Assembly: GCF_009914755.1 (NCBI RefSeq)
Contig: NC_060931.1
Source of the DNA: the human T2T-CHM13v2.0 reference genome, Homo sapiens
DNA length: 64,000 nt
Direction: 5' to 3' (one strand)
Every line of letters starts with the position of its first letter. The first letter of the stretch is position 1. The notes under the pieces are model-generated. The model saw only the letters and a list, made by a program, of their open reading frames with translations, made no database searches and was not told where the DNA came from. Of this stretch, positions 53,578-64,000 are shown one piece after another. Both the position numbers and the translations under genes were made by a program.

Positions 53578-54446
53578 TAATATGTCCTCACTAAACATTG
53601 TCCATAGGTTCTTGGAGACTGTGAGTAAGCAAAATGATGTATAATAAAACCAGTTTTACATAGGCTAATTGCTATTAATATAAACAAGAGTTAAGTTCCT
53701 ATGGCAAATTTCTGATTACAAAAACATCATCAAATTTCTAAGACCCCAAAAACTTTTAATCTTAAACACTGAAATAAATGTGAGCTATCATACATTTAAG
53801 AAAGATTAATATTAAAAAATAAGTAAGATAATTATTTTTTCCAATTTTTGGTGAATCCATGAGTGATGGTGGCCATAGTGATGGTGGCTTAAACGAAGGA
53901 ATAAGTGTCTATGAAGTGAAAATTATAAGGAGCATCTCCTCCCACCATAAAGTTTAAAAACCAATAAGAGCAAATACGGCAAAGTCACTGCATGCCTAAG
54001 TGCCACATCATTTATTGTCATGCATTAGTATGATTATCATATACATTATAAATGTTTATTTTACAATAATTTATATTCGTGTGTTCATTCACTTTCTAAT
54101 TTGCATATTCCAGTTCAGGGTTGTGGGTGGCTGGAGCCTAATCTGGCAGCTCAAAGAACAAAGCAGTAACCAACACTGAACAGGATGTCATTTCATCACA
54201 AGGTACACTCACACACACACCCGCACTCACTCATACTGGAACAATTTGAACACACCTATTAACCTAATATGCACATCTTTGGGATGTGGCAGGAAACCAG
54301 AGTCTCCAGAGAAAACTCAATGCAGACAAGGGGAAATCTTGAGAACTCCACACAGACAGTGGCCCCTGCTGGGATTTTATTTCTTTTCTCATTAACATTG
54401 TAACAAAACAATGTTTAACAAAATGACTTCATTTTACAACCTGCTG
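53578..54446 (-). mobile_element. MER6 (TcMar-Tigger type), near full length, inserted in ERV-L
   Basis: Ends tatgtcctcact... and ...acctgctg|ta. Central tgcacatctttgggatgtggcaggaaacc segment. Confidence 0.75.
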
Positions 54447-54526
54447 TACTATGATATAAAGTCAATGTATCTTATGTTATATGACAAATGAATAAGAGAG
54501 GGAAGAAAAATATATTTGAGGTATTG

Positions 54527-54595
54527 ATAGAGATAGATACATAGACAGACAGACAGACAGACAGACAGATAGATAGATAGATAGATACACACACA
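54527..54595. repeat. (GACA)n(GATA)n tetranucleotide STR
   Basis: Read directly. Confidence 0.92.
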
Positions 54596-57500
54596 TGCCC
54601 TAAGCATATTTATAACAAAATAAGGAGGAAATATTTATGACATTTACAGTCCTCATTTCTGTAACTGGTTCTGTAGTCATAGCTGGTGTTTATAACTACC
54701 TTCTACTATCCATTCTGCATTCCCTTGCCTTCAGCAAGAGTCTCAGCTGGTCATAATTCTTTACCTGATGAAGTGATCCAAATCTTCTGCCTGGATTGCT
54801 ATAGTTTCCCATCGATCTTAATCACAGGGCTTGGTAATACTAAGAGACTCCCTATGAATTCTTTTGTATTCCAGACATACTCGTTCTTACCTCCATTGTG
54901 GAGTAGTACTCCAACTTTCCCTTGATATTCAGGATTAGTCACCCTAGCCAGCAAAGTGATTCTCTTCATTCCTGGTGATTCAGAAGCATAAGAATCCCAA
55001 ATTGGTCAGGTAACCATCTTAATTTCCAGTTCAATGGAATCATTATTATGTCTTCTGATGGAAGCATTCTTTCTTTTGGGAATAAAACCTCTAGGCCAGC
55101 AGAGCATAAGACCAAGGGAAACAGAAACAAAGTTTGCTGGTCAGTCACTAAGGATAATTTTGAGTGGTGCCATTCCCATTTCCACCCTTGATTCCTAGAC
55201 CTGTAAGTCCTGGCTATGGAGAAATAACTCCTCTATTGGACATTGATGCAGAACGTATAATCCTATGTAGAACCTTGTTCCAGCCCTGCAAGGTATTGCC
55301 ACATAACTGTTACTGTAAGAGAGTCTCCTAAAGGCCGTTCCACTTTTCTATCAAGCATTTGCTTCAGGATAAGAATAAACCTGGTAAGACCAGTGAATTT
55401 CACGAGCATGGGCCCTTTGCTGCACAAGGCATTCTGTAAATCCACAGAAGAGAGTTTTGCCAAAAGCACTGCATGACAGGAAGGCAAATCTATGTCCAGA
55501 GCGTCTATTCCGGTAAGAATAAAATGCTGCCCCTTCTATGATGGAAGTAGCTCAGTGGAATCAACCTTCCACCAGAAAATGGTTGCATAGAGAATTCAGC
55601 ATTGGCCTCCACTGACGACAGATTGGGCATTCAACAGTGGAGGTGGCCAGGCACCCTTGAAGAGTGGAAGCCCATTTTGCTGAGCTCATGCATAACTTCC
55701 ATTCTCACCACCATGGTCACTTTGCTCAGAAGCCCACTGGGTGATAAGAAGAGTAGCTGGGGAAAGAGGCTGACTGGTATCTATAGAACAAGTCATTCTG
55801 TACCCTTGATTATTCAAATCTCCCTTGGCTGAAGTCACCCTTTGGTAGGCATTCACATGGAATACAAATATCTTGACAGTTTTTGCCCATTCAGAGAGGT
55901 TTATCTATATCTCTTCCCCGAATTTCCTTGTCACCAATTTTCTAACCATGTTTTTTCCAGTTGCCTGATCATCATGGCTATTGGCTACAGCCTATGAATT
56001 GCTATATAATCATATGTCTGGTCATTTATCCTTCCAAGCAAAGTAAACAACCAGGTTCCCTGCTTGAAGTTTTGCCCACTAGAAGAATTTCACTCCCCCA
56101 TTATGTTCCAAGTATGTCCCAGTAAGAGGCTGTAATGCAACTGCCTTTCGTTGGTGCCTGCCTATCATGCAGAACCATCTGTTAACTAAGCCCAAACTCT
56201 CTCTTCCTCTGTCAATTGCAGAGGACGCTCCTTGAGGCCATGGGTGCAAGCTGAGCGAGAAGACAGTGTAGTAGGAGTGGGGAACACGGACATTGGAATC
56301 ACTTCTTCCTGTAAATTACTGTGCCTTCAGGGTCTACTCAAGCCTAATCATATAAATATCACTTCCGTTTGATAATGAGGTGTGCTGTGCATACTCAACT
56401 TGATGGCTTGGCAAGCCAGATAACATCCAGTTCATAATGAGCTGTTCAGGTAGGGCACATGGTAACTTGGTGATCCATGGTTAAGTGGTCAGTCTGTACG
56501 AAGGCCCAGTAGCAGTCCAAGAGCTATTTCTCAAAAGGAGTGTAGTTATCTGCAGAGGATGGCTGAGCACGGCTTCAAAATCCTAAGGGCCTGCACGAAA
56601 ATTAACCTGTAGGGGTCTTCCAAATACTCCAAACAAAATCCCTGTCTGCTACTGGTACTGTGAGTACCATTGGATCTGTTGGATCTTATAGCCCAAGTGG
56701 CAGAGCAGCCTGCATAGCAACCTGGACCTGCTGTAGAGCCTTCTCTTGTTCTGGCCCCAGCTCAAAACCAGCAGCTATTGAGGTTATTGGGTAAATAGGT
56801 CAGAGTTTCACACCCAAATGAGAAATATATTCCTCTAAAATCAAAAAAGGGCCACTAGGCATTGTGCCTCCTTTTTGGTTGCAGGAGAGGCCAGGATAAG
56901 ATAAGGCCAGGATATGATAAGGATAAGAACAAATTATCCTTGACCTTAGAGGGGATATCTCCACATGCCCCACACCACTGGACCCTCAGAATTTCCCTGC
57001 CTCTTGAATTTTTGTCAAATTTATTTGCCACTCTCTGACACACAAATTTCTTACCAATAAGTGTAGAGTAGTTGTTATATATTTCTCACTAGTTCCAATC
57101 AGCATAATGTTATTACATAAATATAATGGACCAGTGTGATGTAGAAGGAAAAAGCAGTCAAAACCCCTACAATCTAAATTATAACATAGGGCTAGAGAGT
57201 TAATATATCCCTGAGGTATGACAGTGAAGGTTTATTGCTGGTCAGCTAGAAGAAAACTCCTGATTATTCTTATAAGGCATTTGCCACATCAATAGCTGCA
57301 TACCAGGTATAAATTGATGTATCAGTTTCCACAAGCAATGAAACCATATGTTTCAGCAGCTGCAATTGGAGTTACCACCTGGTCGAGCTGATGGTACTAT
57401 CAGTCTCTAACATCCATTTGTGCTTTGCACAGGCCAAAGAGGTGAATTGAAAGGGGATGCAGGGGGAATCACCACCTCTGCATCTTTCAAGTCCTTCATG

Positions 57501-58932
57501 GTGGTACCAATTTCTATAATGCCCCAGGAATGTGGCATTGCTCTTAGTTTACTATCTTCCTAGGTAGACACAGTTCTAGCGGCTCCCCCTTGCCTTTTCC
57601 CACCATAATAGCCCTCACTTCACAGGTCAGGGAACAAATGTGGGACTTTGATTAGCTGACCCAATGTCCCCCCTGGAGGTTACTGTGAAAATGTGCTAGG
57701 CACATCTGATAAACTGTTACATAGGACTGTGTGTGCCAAAGCAATTCCTACACTAGATCATCAGGGCCATTCAGCTCTCTGCCCTGATGGATCTCCCGCT
57801 TTATCGTACAGCAAACATGTATTTACCATTAGGAAAGTCATTAACTTTACAAGGAGAACTACAAATACTGTTAGGAAAGGCCATGCATTAGATTAAAACG
57901 CATTTATCCACAGAGCAGTAAGTAAAAGCAGAACGTGGATGGTAGAGATAACTGAACATTTCAAAGAAAAGCATCTCACCGGGAAAGCAGGAAAGTGCTT
58001 CAGGAGCTAAGTACGAACTACTTTACACTGATACTGTAGGAAAATCTTCAAAAGGAAGAGTTACACATTGCCCTTTACTATGATTAACAATTTTGCTTCA
58101 AGTAGAAACTGGAATCTCTGTCTTTCCTGTTCATCTACACCGACAAAAATTTTTTGTAGAAAAAAAACTTTCTTTATATTCATCTATTCACATAGGAAAA
58201 AAAAGTATGTGGATTATTGACTGGTTTCATTAAAATCTGACCAGACTGAAAAGAAATAGTCTTATTTTTCAAGGCTCTAAGAAATTGTGAAGCCTCTGCT
58301 GATTAGTATATGACAGATATAATACCATAGCCTATTAGCTTGGGCATCATTAACAAATAGCTTCTGCACTCGGCAGTTGCCACAGCGGAGTTTTCTTGCC
58401 TTCAGAAGGAAGTACTATTCGGAATGTTAACTTGATAACTATGATTGTTGTGAGCTGAATCATGCTATGTCTGTGGGGTAAGTCTAACTGTGTTGCTGCC
58501 TTGGAAGCCAACTGTAAAATGTACTAAAATATCATTGGAAAACGGGGCCAGCTAACTCAGGTTTCCACATGAGACTTTTTATATAACTGGCAAAAGGTCA
58601 ATTAGCCCTGATTTCCCTGAAAAAGATAGCACCCCAGAGTGGAAATAAAACACAGTCATCATCTGGACTAGCCTGACTTTATTGAAAAGTTTTGTCACAG
58701 ACATGTGTAGGTTATGTGGTGCAACTGCAGGGCTCGATCCCTGGGACCTACAAAGCCACACTTGCCTGAAGTTGGCAGCCACAGGGCAGATTACCAGAAC
58801 AGGTGATGTAAAGTTCTATCTATAAATAGAAACCATTTACTTGGTATCCAAAGAAGTTATTTAGTTCTGAAAATCACACACAAAAAAATGAAGACAAAAA
58901 ATGGAATAATATGTTGAAATTTGGGGTGGAGA

Positions 58933-59311
<379 letters not shown>

Positions 59312-61668
59312 CTATATGATAATCAGTAATGGAAAATTTTTGCAATAAATACAATCTCAAATAATTTAAAATGTTGTGCTGCATTCTGTCCAAGTATTAT
59401 ATTTCCAATTATGAGAACAAAATTAATAGAAAGTTGGCTTACCTTAAACTCTCCTAAGGAAATATTCAAAATATTTGAATCAAAATATTAAATAAAACCA
59501 AAAATACTAAATTAAATAAATCAAATTAAACAGTTTAATACTTTAAATCAGCATGAAGTGGCCCTCAATAATCAATTTAGGATGCCTACAATGTCAGTCT
59601 AGCCCTGGTTGTGAGAACTGATGTTATAAAATATCTTTATTCAATGTATATTAACGCAATAATGGTAGCTGATCACAATTAGAATGTGACTAGGAAACAG
59701 ATAATTCATATCCTTCTTGCATAGTGACTTTGCTATTTTGTTAGAGATTTTAGAAGTGGGATTACAACCTGGCTACCAGGCTACTACTTATCCTACTGCT
59801 ATTTTATAGCTGAATGATTTTCTAAGTATCTAGTGTATGGATAACTTTTGCTTAAGCTATAGCAAATCAATAAAAAGAAAAAAAAATTATAAAACCTTTT
59901 ATATGGAAGACAAGAACAAATAAGCTAGAGCTGATGAGTAGGTCAGTAAGAATTTAGCAAATTATATAGGGATTATTTGTTCCCCAGGTTGGATGGCAAA
60001 GGTAGAAATGGTCTTTGGAGGGCCACTGTATATGCTCTCGAGTTACCTAAAGAGAAAAGAGCCCATGATGCTACGAAAAGCTTTCTCCAACCTGCTCCCC
60101 TAAGACTTCAAGTTCTCAAATCTACCAAATGTTGGCATAAAAGATAGATATTTGAGGCATTGGTTATTAACACTGATCAGAAAAAAAAACCTTAATGTTG
60201 CAGCACAATAATGGAAGAGGAGGTAAGAAAGCATGGTTGTGGACAGGCATGGGTGGACAGATTGACTGGAGTTGCTCAGGGTATTGGGTGGGAAGGCAAT
60301 AACTGCTGGATATGGGAGGGATTAGAAGACCAACTTTTGACTAGAGTTAGCCCAAATTGTCAGCACTCTTTATCCCCAAAGGATTTGCAACCTGTGGGTT
60401 TAGAGAAACTAAGGATGAAGAGGAACGATGACACAGAAAATAAAGTGGCAATAACTTCTCTTGACATAATGGATGCAACTAAAACTACACCAAAAAACTG
60501 GATTCTGAACTGGAAACTGATCTAGAACGATGGTAAATTGAAAGGTTTTCAGTTAGAGGACATAGAAATTACACGAACACTGTAGTGAACAGAAAGAGGA
60601 ACATATTTTATATAAACGTGTATTTTTTGCTAAGTAAGGAACATAGTAGAGCACTGTCCTACTATTTCCATGTATTTCCCCGCATGTAATAATTTAATTT
60701 TTCAAGTTTTAGAGAAAGTCCCAGCAAGCGATCTTCTACCCTTAGAATATTCTGGAGCTTCAAATGTTTTCCCTTTTTAATCCCTTGGAAAATTTGTAGA
60801 AAAACTATAACAGATTTTACATTTTAGCATCAAAGAAAAAAAGGCAATTACTTAGCAATTTCCAATACTATCTTAAAAAAAAAAGACTCAAAATCAAATA
60901 CTTCCAACAAGTTTTGCACTGTGTTTACATAGTAGGTGTTCAATAAAGTTTGTTAGATAATGGCCTTGGAGGTCTAAGGCTACCCTCTTAGTGATCTTTT
61001 GGTGGTATTGAGTAAAATCCCCATGACCAGACATGTTCAGCTGGGAGGCTTATTTTTATTACACTTGAAAAAGAGGCTAAGAGAAACTGACAGAGCCATG
61101 AGTAATGCTTGTACCATCCTAGGTCACTCAGTTTAAATCACTACAAGGCTCTCTGAATCTCTGTGCTTCGAATGTGATTTCTTTTGCTTTTTAAAGAATT
61201 TTATATTTCTTTACATTTTACATCTATTGTCACTTTATGCCATTTGATTTTATGACAGGGTCAACAGTGCTAACTTTTGCAAAGTAAAGTTAAAAATGAA
61301 TCTAATAAGTGACTTGTTTTAATGAACAGAGGGTGAGATCTGCTCTATGTAAACATGGATGTCTAAAACTATTATTAAAATTGGACAATTAATTTAAAAT
61401 ATTAAAATAGACAATAGCTCAGAATCTGATATAAACTTATTTATTTGTAGAAGTTTGGCTTAACATTAAAAGTTTAAATGAAATTACATTGCAATGGCCT
61501 TGATGAAGTATCCAAGCAGAACCCACTTCTCTCTTGAATTCTAAAAATTCCTGGAACAGTCTTGATTCCTGTGAGGTCCCCAGTTTTGGAGAAAGAAGTG
61601 TTCCTTTGATTCTAAGGTTTGTAATCACATGATATGTGAATAATAGGGTAAATAGGGTATTAAAATAG

Positions 61669-61670
<2 letters not shown>

Positions 61671-61710
<40 letters not shown>
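61671..61710. repeat. (TA)n(CA)n microsatellite
   Basis: Read directly. Confidence 0.93.
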
Positions 61711-62320
61711 TACATATAGTTTATACAAACTATTATATATATATGCTGAAAGTTTAGTTATTATCCTGAGGCTAGAATTTCTGCACTGGACACACTGTGG
61801 ATTCTCCCCCACCTCCCACCTTATATACTACACAATAAATATAAGTGGAGGTCATTTTTAGTGGTTCAATAAGCCCTGGGCATAGGAATAGTAATGACAA
61901 TGAACAATCCTAACTGCAAACATTTATTGAACACTTGGAAAATATCACGCTCCATGCTAAGCAATTCAACTTTGTAATCTGTACAACCACACTGTGGCAT
62001 ATATCCCCACAATAACTGATAGTACTCCTATTTTACAAATTAGAATATTGAACTTTAGTTAACATCCCTCAAATAGTCCCATAGCTTGTAAGTGCCAAAA
62101 CTAAGAATCAAAGCCAAGTCTTGAATATTATCCTTCACTTATATCATGGGACTAAGGCTAACTTACAAATCAGCATATTAAGAAGTCTGGATGTCATTTA
62201 TAACCATTTATACCTAAAAACTAGGTAGCAAATGAAGGTGAAAGTCAAAGCATGTTGCCAGACAATTGCTGCTGTACTTTATACTTTGGCTTTGTGTGCT
62301 ATTTGCTAAAGCTAAGAATT

Positions 62321-63498
<1,178 letters not shown>

Positions 63499-63699
63499 GA
63501 AATTGATCAGATTTTAAATAAAATTGCCAGCACTGTCAAAAAAAAAAAAAAAAGAGAAGAGGAATGAGGCAGAATGGTGTATATGAAAATATCTCTTCAT
63601 TGCCTACACAACATTCAATAACCTTTCCCTGCTGCTAGATATTATTCAGGTGGTGCCTACAGTACCTTGATTTCAGAGACTTTCAGTTCTCACCATAGG

Positions 63700-64000
63700 C
63701 TAGGAAGCAAAGCTCCATTGGTATAAACCATTGTAGTTATCTAATTGTCTTTGGTCAATTATTGGTCTGGAAGTGGTCATGTGAGTTACTTTTAACCCAA
63801 AAGATATAACAGAAAGTCTTCTGGAGTGAGCTTCTAGAAAGGCATTACATTCTCAATTAAAAAAAAAAAGAAAAGATATGGCCCATGTAGATCTTTGCTT
63901 CTTTTTCTTTCTTCTTGCCTGGAATGCAGATATAATGCTTGTTGCTACATCAGCCATGCTGTGACTAAGAAATGACAAGGATGAGAGTGAAAGACAATAT
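63700..64000 (+). mobile_element. Old MaLR LTR (MLT1J/K-like), running off the window edge
   Basis: ggtcatgtgag...cttcttgcctggaatgcagat...cagccatgctgtgac. Confidence 0.5.

Larger units (their letters stand above)
53372..57660 (-). mobile_element. Decayed ERV-L internal region (pol and dUTPase remnants)
   Basis: ORF 54966-55148 GLEVLFPK...IPLNWKLR...FGILM (dUTPase-like). RT-like remnant ILRVQWCGACGDIPSKVKD. Confidence 0.8.

Noticed and set aside
53555-54470. tactatgat(g/a)taaagt repeated either side of MER6 as a long TSD
   Set aside because: Tigger-type elements duplicate only TA. This is more likely a pre-existing tandem repeat in the ERV-L sequence.
53372-57660. Functional endogenous retrovirus or dUTPase gene
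   Set aside because: Only short fragments remain. The element is interrupted by MER6, and no gag or 5' LTR was seen.

Overview
Human (or great-ape) genomic DNA containing the 3' end of HDAC9 on the + strand: the penultimate coding exon (9796-9943), a 20-kb last intron holding a full-length antisense L1PA3-like element, the terminal exon (coding 30034-30073, ...TAGEPMEEEPAL*), and a ~6.3-kb 3' UTR with several poly(A) signals (distal cluster ~36340-36425). The remaining ~27 kb is HDAC9-TWIST1 intergenic DNA, mostly nested fossils (Alu, L1PA/L1M, MaLR, ERV-L, MER6) plus two unique blocks. One block carries TTTTCCCGC, which I recognise from memory as the vascular-disease variant site rs2107595 (E2F motif converting to an RBPJ motif). 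No prokaryotic-type system is present. The best less-obvious signals are: (i) skipping the penultimate exon reads into an open alternative frame of the last exon, giving a 52-aa NMD-immune C-terminus without the NES-like motif; (ii) a 90-bp templated duplication brackets that same exon; (iii) the L1 antisense promoter points at the terminal exon; (iv) an L1 inserted inside an Alu, with both TSDs intact, forms an Alu-ORF2 fusion ORF; (v) a candidate ancient L1 3' transduction. Repeat subfamily names and boundaries of old elements were judged by eye and are approximate.
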